The notes: generated by a model not told the origin, from the sequence alone. A stretch of DNA of 61,511 nt, filler included, from Deltaproteobacteria bacterium (GCA_030698575.1; 12 parts of 12 records of this genome joined end to end with filler, not necessarily neighbours in it), one strand, 5' to 3'. Counted from the first letter of the whole stretch, positions 27,401 through 38,869 are shown. Made by a program: numbers and translations.

Positions 27401-28933
27401 TCAGCCGAAGTACCGCTCTGGTTCCTGATTCATCAGATCGGCGAAGTGAGTCGCGGCGACGTAGACCGGGAGCTGGGTGTTCACGAGAACCGACGTGGGG
27501 AAGATGCTTGCGTCGGCGACGACCAGGTTCGGAACGTCGTGGCACTGCCCCCAGGAGTTCACGACGGTCTTCGCCGGATCGGCTCCCATGCGGCAGCTTC
27601 CCTGGGGGTGGTAGGAGAGCATGCTGAGATCCCCCGGCTCCATCGGCATGTCGTCGACCAGGTCGAGATCCTTTTCGGAACGCAGGACGGTCGGGATGAT
27701 CGTGGGCAAAACAACTTCTTTTGCCCCCGCGGCAAACCAGATTCGCGCGCCCGCCTTGAACCCCTTTCGCATCCTCTCGCGATCTTCCGGACTGACCCGG
27801 TACTCGATCTTCTTCATGCCGTCTTCGAGATAAACCCTCCCCACGTTCGCATCATGGTTGAGCTGGACCATGTTCGTCATGTGATCAGCGCGCCTGGCCA
27901 GCGGCACGCACTCCGATCCGATGCCGGGCACCGAGAAACCGTTCAGGAGAAAAGCGTCCGGGCAGGCCCCCTGGAACAGCACGCCGCCCTTGTCGTCCGG
28001 CGCGAACTCGTCGCAGAGCACGCCCTGAAGGGCGCCCTCCCACCCCTTCACCACCGCTTCGAAGACCCCGATAATGTTCAGTGAAGGGTGGCAGGAGAAG
28101 TTCAGCCCGACCTGTCCGCTGCTGTTAGCGACGCCGTTCTTGAGGAGCAGGAGCGGCGTCTGGACAGCGCCCGCCGCCAGCACCACGGCGTCGGCCTCGA
28201 CAACAAGCGTCGCTTTCATCCGTCCCGTCCGCGGGTCGCGGATCACGGCGCCCACGCCCGTGGCCCGGCCGCCCTCCATGCGAATTTCCTCCACGCGCGC
28301 ATCGGCGTACACCCGCGCCCCCTTCTCGATGGCCCAGGGGACGTAGGTGACGAGCATCGACTGCTTCCGGTCATACCGGCAGCCCGCCATGCAGTAGCCG
28401 GCCAGGGCGCAGTTTTTGATGTTTCGCGGCGTGGGCCGGACCGACCAGCCGAGCGCCTCGCACCCCCGCTTCATGAGCTGGCTGTTCTGGTTGATCTCGT
28501 GGGGCTGGTTCGCGTGGATCCAGAGCCGTTTTTCCACCAGATCGAACTTCGGCCCCAGTTCGGCGGGCCCCATGCCCTCGACACCGAACTCCTCATGCCA
28601 CTGCTCGAGGATCCAGTCCGGTACCCGCAGCGCCACGGTGGCGTTCACGACGGTCGATCCGCCCACGCAGGATCCCTGGAGGATGTTCAGATCGCCGTCC
28701 ACGTTCGTCTGCCGGGCCTTGTCGACGAAGAGCCGATCGAACATGTCGGCGTAGTTCTCGTTGAAGGCGGTCGAGGGAACGTAGGGGCCCGCCTCGAGCA
28801 GAACGACCTTCTTGCCGGCGGCTGCCAGCTCATAGGCCATGACGGCGCCACCCGCGCCGGAGCCCACCACCACCACGTCGGCCTTCTCCCTCACCGATGC
28901 GGTCTTGATATGTACGGCCTCGATGATGTTCAA
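27401..28933 (-). CDS. GMC family oxidoreductase (FAD)
   Basis: VVVGSGAGG, GSCVGGSTVVN, HPQGSCRMG, VADASIFPTS..VN. Confidence 0.92.
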   Translation of the reverse strand: MNIIEAVHIKTASVREKADVVVVGSGAGGAVMAYELAAAGKKVVLLEAGPYVPSTAFNENYADMFDRLFVDKARQTNVDGDLNILQGSCVGGSTVVNATVALRVPDWILEQWHEEFGVEGMGPAELGPKFDLVEKRLWIHANQPHEINQNSQLMKRGCEALGWSVRPTPRNIKNCALAGYCMAGCRYDRKQSMLVTYVPWAIEKGARVYADARVEEIRMEGGRATGVGAVIRDPRTGRMKATLVVEADAVVLAAGAVQTPLLLLKNGVANSSGQVGLNFSCHPSLNIIGVFEAVVKGWEGALQGVLCDEFAPDDKGGVLFQGACPDAFLLNGFSVPGIGSECVPLARRADHMTNMVQLNHDANVGRVYLEDGMKKIEYRVSPEDRERMRKGFKAGARIWFAAGAKEVVLPTIIPTVLRSEKDLDLVDDMPMEPGDLSMLSYHPQGSCRMGADPAKTVVNSWGQCHDVPNLVVADASIFPTSVLVNTQLPVYVAATHFADLMNQEPERYFG

Positions 28934-28977
28934 GGGACTGTCCCTCTTTTCCCCTCTTTTCCGGCGGGCGATTGTTC

Positions 28978-29562
28978 TTATTCGGTTGGCAGCGGCGCGT
29001 TCCCCAGCGACGGGATCGTCTCGCGCAGGTAGAGAGGACCGGCGTAACCAACGGACTTCCAGGTGACCGGCGCCTGCCAGTAGCAGGAGATGAGCGCGCG
29101 CGTGAGGACCTGGTAGACCGCCTTCTGCACCGCGTTGCCGGTGCGCCAGCGGAGGATGTAGCCGCGGGCATCATCATCGGAAAGCCGCGTGAAGGAGCGA
29201 AAATGCCAGCCGATGACGATCGCGCCGTACTCGAAGAGCCGGAGCCCGTCGGCCACCTGCTTGCGCACCGGATCCGGAAAGGAGCCGAAGAATCGATCGA
29301 GGTTGTCGAACACCGGAACCTGCCGGTAGTCGGGGAGCCCGTCGCCGGGCGGTGGGAGCACAACGGGCGCGGCCTTATGGAAGACGGCGTATTCCAGATC
29401 GCTCAGGTGGGAGAAGTTCGCGGGACGCGCAGGCGCATCCGGGGCGGGCCCGCAGCCGGGCAGCAGTGGCGCGGCGAGGCCCAGCGCGCCGGCCCCGAGC
29501 GTGAGCTTGAGCAGGTCGCGTCGCGTCACCCCTGAAAGCGGGTTCGGCCCCTGGTTATCCAT
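28978..29562 (-). CDS. Tat-exported lipoprotein, gluconate 2-dehydrogenase subunit-3-like partner
   Basis: TRRDLLK twin-arginine motif, LLPGC lipobox, W..VGY.GP. Confidence 0.7.
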   Translation of the reverse strand: MDNQGPNPLSGVTRRDLLKLTLGAGALGLAAPLLPGCGPAPDAPARPANFSHLSDLEYAVFHKAAPVVLPPPGDGLPDYRQVPVFDNLDRFFGSFPDPVRKQVADGLRLFEYGAIVIGWHFRSFTRLSDDDARGYILRWRTGNAVQKAVYQVLTRALISCYWQAPVTWKSVGYAGPLYLRETIPSLGNAPLPTE

Positions 29563-29565
29563 CCT

Positions 29566-29862
29566 TCAAACGCCTTTCAGCCGCCGCGCGATCTCGTCCG
29601 GATACTCGGGAAAGTAGCGCGCGATGACGTTCAGCTCGAACCGCCCGAGGATCGACTCCTTCGGCTCCCGCTCGAGCAGGAAGCGGAACGACTCCTCCAC
29701 CAGCGCGGCGGGGTCACCGCCCCCGCCGAAGCGCGCGAGATCCTTCTCGCTCACCGTCACCTCGTGGCGCGTCTCGCCCTTCCCTTCCCGCACCCGCACC
29801 TCGAAGGCGTGGCCCGGCTTTGCATCGCGAGATTTCACCGTGATCTGCGCGTCGGCGCTCAT
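29566..29862 (-). CDS. conserved hypothetical protein
   Basis: LVEESFRFLLEREPKESILGRFEL.VI..YFPEY. Confidence 0.75.
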   Translation of the reverse strand: MSADAQITVKSRDAKPGHAFEVRVREGKGETRHEVTVSEKDLARFGGGGDPAALVEESFRFLLEREPKESILGRFELNVIARYFPEYPDEIARRLKGV

Positions 29863-30020
29863 CGGGATACCGCCCAGCTGATGAAGCTCACGACGAGGGA
29901 GCCGAGAATGGCCGGGAAGAGGCCGCTGACTCGAAAACCATCGAGCATCGCGGCCACGAGTCCCAGCATGGCACCATTGATCACCAAAAGAAAGATCCCC
30001 AGGGTCAGGATCGAAAGCGG
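29859..30020 (-). CDS. YvlD/phage-holin-like membrane protein, C-terminal part
   Basis: PLSILTLGIFLLVINGAML...GF.VSG.F.AILGSLVVS. Confidence 0.8.
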   Translation of the reverse strand, partial: PLSILTLGIFLLVINGAMLGLVAAMLDGFRVSGLFPAILGSLVVSFISWAVSR

Positions 30021-30121
30021 CNNNNNNNNNNNNNNNNNNNNNNNNNNNNNNNNNNNNNNNNNNNNTTAATTAATTAANNNNNNNNNNNNNNNNNNNNNNN
30101 NNNNNNNNNNNNNNNNNNNNN

Positions 30122-33100
30122 TTCGGCGAAGGGGTGCCCGAAAAGCGTCTGGCCGACCTGGGTGATGCGGCCGAGGGGGTCGTACTGGAAAGTGCGCTGC
30201 CCCGCCGCATCGTCGATGGCCGAGAGGCGCCCCTGGGCGTTGGGGCCCTGATCGTAGATGTAGGTGGCGCGGGTCTGCGAGGCGCCGCCGCCGAGGTCCA
30301 GGCGCTTGGCGCTCAGGCGCGAGAGGGCGTCGAAATCGAACAACAGCTGATTGCCCCGCGGGTCGGTGCGCGCCGTCATGCGTCCCAGGGCGTCGTAGGC
30401 ATAGAGCCACGTCCCCGCGTCGGGATCGATGAGGCGCCGGCGCCGGCCCAGCGTGTCGTAGGTCAGCGCCATGGGATTTCCCTCGGTGTCGGTGATGCCG
30501 GCGAGCCGGTCGGTGAGATCGTAGACGTAGCGCGTGGTCTGGGGGGTGGCGCCGTCGAAGTCCCGCACCGCCTTTGTGTTCCCGCGAGCGTCGACGAGCA
30601 CCTCCTGCACTTTTCCGGCCGGGTCGGTGCGGCGGCGGCTTTGATCCACCGCGCCGTCGCCGTCGAGGTCGCCTACAAGATAGGTGAAGGTCGTGGTTCG
30701 GGGCGTGCCCTGCTCGTCGGGGGAGGTCGTGGTGAGGGGCAAGCCGAGGGCATCGTAGGTCAACGCCGTTCCGGGCCTCGTCTCGTCGAGCGGCACCAAC
30801 GTGGGAGTGGGATCGGTCGCCTTAAAGGGGAAGCCCGCCTTCGAGACCCGCCCCAGCAAGTCGCGGAACGTGTCTTCCAGGATCCAGTCGCTCGCATCAC
30901 TCGGCCGCGCGGTGCGCACGGCGCGCCCGAAGCCGTCGAGGTAGGCAAGGAGCTGGACGGTGTGCGAGGGCGCGCTCGCGGTGCCCGACTCCAGGATTTG
31001 CGTCTCGATGACCGCCGGAAAAACGTTGAGGTCGTAGCTGCGCTTCACCTGCGCCAGCCCCCCGCCCGCAGTGACCTCCGTCGGCCGGCCGAGGGCGTCG
31101 TAGGTGAAGTCCGTCACGTTGCCGTCGGGCTCCGTGCGCCGCTTCGGAAGCCCCAGCCCCGGCGGCGCGCCTGGCGGATCGTACTCGAAGAGCGTCGTCA
31201 GCGTCTCCGGCGTGCCGGCCGCCTCGACCACCTGCGTGGCGTACGCACCCGCGGGGCCGTAGGTGATCTGCCGCTTGATGCCGAGACCTCCCTCGTCGCC
31301 GGTGATCTCGGAAACGTTGCCGTGGGCGTCGTAGGAAAAACCGCTCTGGACGTAAGACTCCGCCGAGGTGAGCGGGTCCCTCAGCCACCGGCGAAGCGCG
31401 GTGATGTCGCCCGTGGCGACGGTGCCCATCGTCGCGGCGCCGTCGTAGAGGATCTCGGTTTCCGCCTCCCGATCGGCGAAGAGACCGCTCGCCGGCGTGA
31501 CGTAGACGTGCGAGGGGAAGCCGAAGCGGTTCGTCATGGGATCGGCGGGTGTTGCGTACTCGAGGAACGTGAAGCGCTCGTCTCCCGCCTGCGTCACGTC
31601 ACCCAGGAACTTCTCCGCCGTCGCGTTGCCGCGTGAATCGTACTCGGTGAGGGTGCGCGTGGCGAGCGACTGCGAGGGTGTCGCCGGGTCGAAGACCGTG
31701 GCGTCTTTCTGCACGGGCAGCGCCAGCCGAGCCGATGCCGCATCGGGCGAGCCCGTGAAGCGCGCTTTCCAATCCGAGAAGGCGACGAGCGTCGGATCGG
31801 CCGGGGCGAGCGCGCCCGTCGTGCCGTCGGGGAAAAAGACGGCGGGCGCGGCGTCAGCCGCCGTCATGAACGCATAGGCTGCCTCCTCCCGCCGGAGCGG
31901 CATGAGCCCGCCGCCCGCCGCCGGGCCCATCACGACCATGGACTTCTCGATCCCCGCCAGCCCGTCGCTCTGGTGGAAATGCCGCTCGACGACCGAGCCG
32001 TCGGGCCGCGTGACCGAGACCATCTCGAATCCGCGGAACTCCCGCCGCGCGCCGTCGAACGCGCCCCCTGCGTAATCGAACGTCGTCATGGCCATCGAGT
32101 CCGCCTGCCCCAGGCCGTCGTCGGTCGTGATGGCGCTTACCACCTGCACGGGCGTTGGGAGGTCAGGCCGGCCGTCGCCGCCCGTGTTGTCGAATTGCGT
32201 GGAAGGAACATAAGTGAGAGAGGTCGTGCCTCCCAGGGGGGACACGATGCGGTTCAGAAGATCAGGCTTGGTCCCCTGGTTGAGGTAGGTCTTTTTCAAC
32301 CCCGCTGCCGCGGCGATGAGAATGTCGGGCAGGCCGTCGCCGTTTACGTCGGAGAGGCGCACGCCGAGGTCCTTCGAGTTCTTGTCGACGAAGGCCGCGT
32401 TGGCAGGCACGTTCCAGGCGGGCTCGGCGACCCACGGGCTCCCGCCGTTCGTCGTCTGATGGTTCAGCCAGGCGTTCAACACGAGGGTGCCGTTATCGTC
32501 GCGGGCCTGGACGAGGTCGAGCGCGCCGTCCCCGTTCACGTCCGTGATGCGCATGCCCTGATCGTGGGTGACGGGAATGCCCTGGTTGAGTTTTTCCAGA
32601 TCGATGACCGCTGGCACGGCCCAGGCGTCGTCGCGGATGAAATCGGTGCCGTCGTTCAGGTAGGCGTTGACCGGCGCCGAGCCGGTGATGTTGGAGCTGA
32701 AGCGGGTGACGAGATCGGTGAGCCCGTCGCCGTTCAGGTCAAGCAGGCGTTTTCCCAGTCGCAGGTGCGTGACAAGGTTGATTCCATTGGTGAGGAAGAG
32801 AAACTGCTGCTGAACAATCACGGAATCGAGCAAACAGGAGGACGCGAAGGTATCGCAGATAATGTAACGATCGGTTTTCAGTGTAGCGAAGTTCGTGCCC
32901 GTATTGAGTTGATAGCCTCGATTGACGACCTGGCCCCCGCCGACCAAGGGGTGAATCAGAAACTTCTTCAGCAGAAGGTCGGGGCGTCCGTCGCCGTTGA
33001 GATCGACCGGCTGCGTCGGCCCCTCGGGATTGGCCCCGGTCGCGCCGTCGCGCAACGAGAAATGGTTGACCAGATCGATGTTGTTGCTCCAGGCGGGCGT

Positions 33101-34594
33101 GGACACCCAGGTCGCGCCCGTGTTCAGATAGGCCGCCCGGTCGGTCCCCTGATAACCCGCCGTACCGTCGCGCTCCCGGATCTGCAGCAGATCGAGCTGG
33201 CCGTCGCGGTCGAGATCCAGGAAAACGAAGCCCTGATCCTTCCCCTTGTCGTCGGCGAGATCCACCGGAATGGTCCAGGCGGGGCTGGCGGTGGCGTCGA
33301 AGCCGGTGCCGTTGTTCAGGTAAACCTCGCGCGCCACGTTCTTCTTGGAACGCACCACATCCACGAAGCCGTCGCCGTCGACGTCGGCCAGCCGCGCCCC
33401 GGTATCCTTCTTGTCGGTCTCGACGAACTGAAGCAACCCGGGAAGATTCCACCCGCTCGCTCCCTGGTCGCTCCACCCCATCGTTCCGCCGTTGCCCGCG
33501 TTGTCCGTGTAGGTGAAAACCGTGGGGGGGAGCGCTGTCACGCCGTCGCTCCCAACCTCTCCCACCGAGGCGAGAAGCGAGCGCCCCGAGTCTGCACTTT
33601 GCGTGTACGCGAAGTCATACCGGCGCGCGAGGGCCCCGTTCACCTTGACGTCGATCCGGGCCAGGCGGCGGTCGAGAAGCGTCTTGAATCCGGCGAGGTA
33701 GTTCTGCGGCTTGTCGGGCCGGTCCTCCGTCACGAACTCGATGGTCCTGAGATCGCCGACGGGTACGCCGCCGCGGTAGGCGTAGGCGATGGCGGACAGG
33801 AAGGCCAGGTTGGTCCCGGAGGGCTGGGTGTAGGCGTAGCGGATCTCGTTCCCGTGGGCGTCGGTCACGCTGTCGAGGTGCCAGGCGAAGGGGAGGCCGT
33901 TCGTCGTATGGACCACCCGTGCGTCGGTGTTGAAGCCGTAACGCGAAACGCTCCCCTGCTTGTCGCGCACGACCCAGTAGTCGCCGCCCGTCGTGATGTG
34001 CTCGATGCGCAGAAAACTTTCGCGGCGCGTGTGATACGTGGCCGGCGACTGGCTGTCGAGAAGGAGGTCTTCCCCGTCGAACTGGAAGGTGTCGGATGCG
34101 CTGTAGCCCGGAACCCCCTCGCGGAGAGACCGCTGGATCGTCCCGGCGCCGTATCCCCATCCCACGCCGATCCAGCCGTTGCCCTGCTGGCTGCTATAGC
34201 CGATGGCCACCGACGGCTGGACGCCCCCGGCCCCCTGGGGGGCCGCGATCGGCAATCGGGCCGTCGCCGCCCCCGTGAAGGGGTCGCTGGAGGCAACCGA
34301 CGACGACGCCACGCCCGGCGCCCCCGTGCCTCCGCGCGCCTGGATGACCGTCGAGCCGTCCGTCGGGTCGACGGCCGCCTGGGAAAGCGACGGCGGGAAG
34401 GCCAGGAGGAAGGCCAGGGCCAAACACAGGAGGCGCCGGGGCAAGGGGAGCCCGGGAAAGACGTCCCGGGGGGAGTGCGCAGAATCCGACAGTCGGGATG
34501 TCAGGAAAATCCGACACCCCGACCGGCGGGAATCGCTGGCGCACGCGGGCCTGAACGGGAAAGAGGTATAAAATCGGGGGAATGAGAAAGACAT
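30122..34594 (-). CDS. SpvB/TcdB-like FG-GAP + RHS/YD repeat protein (3' truncated, start uncertain)
   Basis: Signal-like segment, SpvB-like N-terminus (YSS..GNGWIGVGW), D.NGDG..D repeats, REFRGF, many YD.LGR repeats. Confidence 0.9.
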
Positions 34595-34649
34595 GGGGCT
34601 CGTTCCTTCGGAGACCCGGGCGCCGGGATGAACGCCGAGATCATCTGGA

Positions 34650-34664
34650 GCAAGCTCCGTGCCA
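34650..34664 (-). promoter_or_regulatory. sigma-54 promoter
   Basis: Minus strand TGGCACG-GAGC-TTGC, perfect -24/-12 consensus upstream of the RHS gene. Confidence 0.8.
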
Positions 34665-34814
34665 GATTCCGTATAGGAGGCCGCGGGGGCCGGAAGACGC
34701 GAGAACCAAGGAGAAAAATGGAGTCAGCTTCGGGGGCAAAGAAAGGAGCGGCGCGGTCTGCCGCGGACGCGTCCAGCGAACTCAACGCGCGAATTCGGGA
34801 TGGCGCCCGGCCTG

Positions 34815-35477
34815 TCAATCCTCGGACTTGGAGGCGATTCCCAGCTTGTCCATCTTGTATTTGAGCATCCGGCGGGTAATGCCGAGCATCTCGGCGGCCT
34901 GGGTCTGGACGTAGTCGCACCGCTCGAGGGCGGCGATGATGATGTCTTCCTCGAACTGATCCTCGGCCTTCTGGAAGTCGATGTTGCCCGAGAGAACCTC
35001 GCGCCGCAGGAAATTCGCCCGGTAGTTGTTGACCACCTCGTCCGGCAGATCCTCCACCTCGATATGATCCCGGCCTGTGAGCGTCACGACGCGCTCAACC
35101 ACGTTCTCCATCTCGCGGACGTTGCCCGGCCACTCGTAGTTCACGAGCAGATCGAGGGCCTTCCGGCTGAACTGGGACTTCGACTTGCCGCTGCCCTTGA
35201 TCACCTTCCCCAGGAAGTGATCGAGAAGCAGCGGAACGTCCTCGCGGCGTTCCCGAAGGGGCGGCAGGAAGATGGGGACGACGTTGACGCGATAGAAAAG
35301 ATCGGAGCGGAAGGTGCCCTTGCGGATGGCTTGCTCGAGATCCTTGTTGGTGGCCGCGATGAGGCGCACGTCGATCTTGATCGTCTCGACGCCGCCGACG
35401 CGCTGGATCTCCTTCTCCTGCAGAACGCGGAGGATCTTCGCCTGGGTGGCCAGCGACAGCTCGCCGATCTCGTCGAG
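34815..35477 (-). CDS. sigma-54-dependent transcriptional activator (NtrC family), C-terminal part
   Basis: LDEIGE, LRVLQE, RLIAATN, FRSDLFYR, WPGNVRE and Fis-type HTH. Confidence 0.93.
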   Translation of the reverse strand, partial: LDEIGELSLATQAKILRVLQEKEIQRVGGVETIKIDVRLIAATNKDLEQAIRKGTFRSDLFYRVNVVPIFLPPLRERREDVPLLLDHFLGKVIKGSGKSKSQFSRKALDLLVNYEWPGNVREMENVVERVVTLTGRDHIEVEDLPDEVVNNYRANFLRREVLSGNIDFQKAEDQFEEDIIIAALERCDYVQTQAAEMLGITRRMLKYKMDKLGIASKSED

Positions 35478-35579
35478 GNNNNNNNNNNNNNNNNNNNNNN
35501 NNNNNNNNNNNNNNNNNNNNNNTTAATTAATTAANNNNNNNNNNNNNNNNNNNNNNNNNNNNNNNNNNNNNNNNNNNNG

Positions 35580-36155
35580 GCCGGCAAGCTGAAGGTATTT
35601 CTCGATCTGAAATTCCACGACATCCCCGCGACCGTCGCCGGGGCGACCCGGGAGGCGGTGAAGCTCGGCGTCTCGCTCCTGGACGTTCATGCAGCCGGGG
35701 GTCGCGCGATGATGGAGGCCGCTGCGGAGGCCGCCGCGGACGAGGCGGCCAGGCGATCCATCGAGCGACCGAGGCTCCTCGGCGTCACCGTGCTGACGAG
35801 CCTGGAGGGCGTCGCGCTCGCCGAGACCGGCGTTTCCGGATCCGTGCCGGATCAGGTACGCCGCCTCGCTGTCCTGGCGCGCGAGGCAGGGCTCGACGGG
35901 GCCGTCGCGTCCCCGCGGGAGATCTCGCTCCTGCGCGAGACCTGCGGCAAGGATTTCCTCATCGTGACGCCGGGCATCCGGAGAGGTGACGAGCCCGCCG
36001 ACGATCAGCGGCGGACACTGCCGGCGGCCGGGGCCGTGGCCGCCGGCGCCGACTATCTGGTGGTGGGGCGCCCCGTGACCGCAGCGGCTGATCCCGCGGA
36101 GGCCTTCGAGCGGCTTGCGGCGGAAATGGAATCGGCCGTTGAGCCAGGACCGTGA
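35580..36155 (+). CDS. pyrF: orotidine 5'-phosphate decarboxylase (5' truncated)
   Basis: [30 protein letters not shown]. Confidence 0.95.
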   Translation, partial: AGKLKVFLDLKFHDIPATVAGATREAVKLGVSLLDVHAAGGRAMMEAAAEAAADEAARRSIERPRLLGVTVLTSLEGVALAETGVSGSVPDQVRRLAVLAREAGLDGAVASPREISLLRETCGKDFLIVTPGIRRGDEPADDQRRTLPAAGAVAAGADYLVVGRPVTAAADPAEAFERLAAEMESAVEPGP

Positions 36156-36913
36156 GAGGGCGAGGCGGGACGTCCCGGCAACACCTTTATGGCGTGCACC
36201 CGATCAGCGAAGCGCTGCGAGCGGGACGCCGCCGGGTTGCGCGCCTATGGCTGCTGCCGGCGGGGAAGAGTCAGGATCGTCGCGTGGAGCTCGAGGCGTT
36301 GGCGCGCCGGAGCGGCGTTCCGGTGGAAAGCGCGCCCCGGGATCGGCTCGATCGGCTGGCGGGGACACCCGAGCACCAGGGCGCCGTGGCCGAGGTTGAT
36401 TCCTACCCCTATGAAGACGAGTCGGGGCTCATTCGCCGCGTCGGGAATCTCACCGAGGCCCCGCTGCTGCTTGCGCTCGATGGCATTCAGGACCCACGAA
36501 ACCTGGGCGCTCTGGTTCGCGGCGCCAACATCGCGGGCGCCCACGGGGTCATCATCCCGAAGGACCGCGCCGCGGAGATTACCCCCGCCGCCGCGAAGGC
36601 AAGCGCGGGAGCGGTCGAGCACACGCCGGTAGCGCGCGTCACCAATCTGGTGCGCACCCTTGCCGATCTGAAAAAGGCCGGGCTCTGGGTGGTTGGGGCT
36701 TCGGCGGAGGGCTCAACGCCGCTCGCGTGGCTGCGCGGCGGCGAGCCCATGGTGCTCGTGATCGGCGCGGAGGGGCGCGGATTGCGCCCGCTCGTGCGGA
36801 AGACCTGCGACCTCGAAGTGGCCATTCCGGTGCGAGGAGCGATTGCTTCCCTCAATGCGGCGATGGCTGGGGCCATCCTGCTCCATGAGGCGCGCCGGCC
36901 GGCAGGAGGGTGA
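36152..36913 (+). CDS. rlmB: 23S rRNA Gm2251 methyltransferase
   Basis: [36 protein letters not shown]. Confidence 0.92.
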   Translation: MRGRGGTSRQHLYGVHPISEALRAGRRRVARLWLLPAGKSQDRRVELEALARRSGVPVESAPRDRLDRLAGTPEHQGAVAEVDSYPYEDESGLIRRVGNLTEAPLLLALDGIQDPRNLGALVRGANIAGAHGVIIPKDRAAEITPAAAKASAGAVEHTPVARVTNLVRTLADLKKAGLWVVGASAEGSTPLAWLRGGEPMVLVIGAEGRGLRPLVRKTCDLEVAIPVRGAIASLNAAMAGAILLHEARRPAGG

Positions 36914-36948
36914 TGGGCGGTTTCTTCACCGCGTGAGTGGGAGAGCGA

Positions 36949-37689
36949 ATGCGTCTGGCGGTTCTCTCGGACATCCATTCGAACATCGAGGCCCTCGACG
37001 CGGCCCTCGCGGCCGCAGGTCGCCTCGGGGCCGACCGGATCGTGACCTGCGGTGATCTGGTGGGTTACAACGCCGACCCGAACGCCGTGCTCGACCGGCT
37101 CCGGGAACTCGGGATCGTCTCCGTAATGGGGAACCACGATGCGGCCGCCTCCGGCCTCGAGGAGCCGGTCTACTTCAACCCCTACGCGCGGGCTGCGGTG
37201 CTCTGGACGCGGGAGACGCTGACCCCCGATAACGGGGCTTATCTCCGCAAGCTCCCCACCCAGGCACGGGTCGGGCGGAACGTGCTCCTGGTGCACGGTT
37301 CCGTGCTCGAACGCGATGCATATCTGTTCGAAGGGGAGGCCGCGGCGGCGGACCTGGAAGCGCTCTGGGGCAGCTATCCCCGTGTAAAAATTGGGTTTTT
37401 TGGGCACACGCACTATCCGGGGGCCTTCCTTGCCCGAAAGGGGGGGCCGATTGAGACCGATGACGGGGCGGCCCTCAGCCTTCGGCGGGGGTGGCGCTAC
37501 CTTATAAACCCGGGGAGCGTGGGACAGCCGCGGGACGGGGATCCCCGTCTGGCCTTTGTCTTGGCGGATTTGGGCACGGGGGTCGTCGAACGCCACCGGG
37601 TGGCCTATCCGGCGGCGGCCGCGGCCCGGAAGGTCCGTGCGGCGGGGCTTCCCGAGTACCTGGCGGCACGCCTCGAGGAGGGGCACTGA
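36949..37689 (+). CDS. metallophosphoesterase
   Basis: SDIHSN, GDLVGY, GNHD, HG, GHTH, NPGSVGQPRD. Confidence 0.92.
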   Translation: MRLAVLSDIHSNIEALDAALAAAGRLGADRIVTCGDLVGYNADPNAVLDRLRELGIVSVMGNHDAAASGLEEPVYFNPYARAAVLWTRETLTPDNGAYLRKLPTQARVGRNVLLVHGSVLERDAYLFEGEAAAADLEALWGSYPRVKIGFFGHTHYPGAFLARKGGPIETDDGAALSLRRGWRYLINPGSVGQPRDGDPRLAFVLADLGTGVVERHRVAYPAAAAARKVRAAGLPEYLAARLEEGH

Positions 37690-37739
37690 CCCCCCCGCCG
37701 GGGTGCTCGAGCAGAAAGCCGCGATGCGGCATTTTTAGC

Positions 37740-37768
37740 TTGCAGTCTGCAAATTTACTTATTATCCT
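37740..37768 (+). promoter_or_regulatory. sigma-70 promoter of the tRNA-tuf operon
   Basis: TTGCAG-N17-TATCCT followed by a GC-rich discriminator just before tRNA-Thr. Confidence 0.6.
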
Positions 37769-37778
37769 GCCCGATCAC

Positions 37779-37853
37779 GCTGGCGTAGCTCAATGGAAGA
37801 GCAGCTGATTTGTAATCAGCAGGTTGCGGGTTCGAATCCCATCGCCAGCTCCA
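37779..37853 (+). tRNA. tRNA-Thr(TGT)
   Basis: GCTGGCG acceptor, CTGAT-TTGTAA-TCAG anticodon arm, GTTCGAATC, CCA end. Confidence 0.95.
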
Positions 37854-37975
37854 TCTCGCGGTGGCGAAAAACCAATCAGCCTTGCGTTACTTTCCCCCGG
37901 GTCGCCTGAGTTCGGGGCAACCGACGGCAGGGGACTACGATTCGCCAGTGCCGGGATGCGGTGGCTTTGTCTTGG

Positions 37976-38061
37976 GGAGGGGTTCCCGAGCGGTCAAAGG
38001 GAACAGACTGTAAATCTGTCGCCGTACGGCTTCGGAGGTTCGAATCCTCCCCCCTCCACCA
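37976..38061 (+). tRNA. tRNA-Tyr(GTA)
   Basis: GGAGGGG acceptor, ACAGA-CTGTAAA-TCTGT, long variable arm, CCA end. Confidence 0.95.
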
Positions 38062-38130
38062 TCACGCATGCATGGCGGCGAAACTTTTTCATCCGGTTTG
38101 AGAGCACGCCCCCCCGGCGGGGCGGTTCGG

Positions 38131-38206
<76 letters not shown>

Positions 38207-38270
38207 AATTTCTGACATGGAACCCCGCAGGTCGCTCCCGGGCGATGGCATTGGCGTTCCAGTAAAGGTC

Positions 38271-38347
<77 letters not shown>

Positions 38348-38560
38348 GCGTAAGCCACCGGGCGGCTGGCCCCCGGCTCGATGGTTAATCGGGATACCGA
38401 GCAAAGAGAGTCTGCACGGGCCGGCGTGCCCGGCCTCCGTTGATTCTGACACGCGACGCCGGACAGCGAGCAGTTCGGCGATCCTTACGTCCAGGCGCCT
38501 CGGCGCGCGGCCCGTCGGGCTGCCCCGGCGCAGCCCCCGGATGCTTCGAGGAGAGAGAGG

Positions 38561-38720
38561 ATGTCGAAGGAGAAGTTCAAGCGTAACAAGCCGCATGTGA
38601 ACGTGGGGACGATTGGTCACGTGGACCACGGGAAGACGACGCTGACGGCGGCGATAACGCTGGTGCAGTCGAAGAAGGGGCTATCGGACTTTGTTCCATT
38701 CGACTCGATCGACAAGGCGC
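38561..38720 (+). CDS. tuf: elongation factor Tu, N-terminal part
   Basis: [33 protein letters not shown]. Confidence 0.98.
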
Positions 38721-38869
38721 NNNNNNNNNNNNNNNNNNNNNNNNNNNNNNNNNNNNNNNNNNNNTTAATTAATTAANNNNNNNNNNNNNNNNNNNNNNNN
38801 NNNNNNNNNNNNNNNNNNNNGAGGTTGGTGAGGAGCACCTCGGGGGACGCCACGCGGGCCCGCCCCGCC

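Noticed and set aside
37854-37975. Structured spacer between tRNA-Thr and tRNA-Tyr as an extra RNA gene
   Set aside because: No cloverleaf, T-loop or known ncRNA motif recognised
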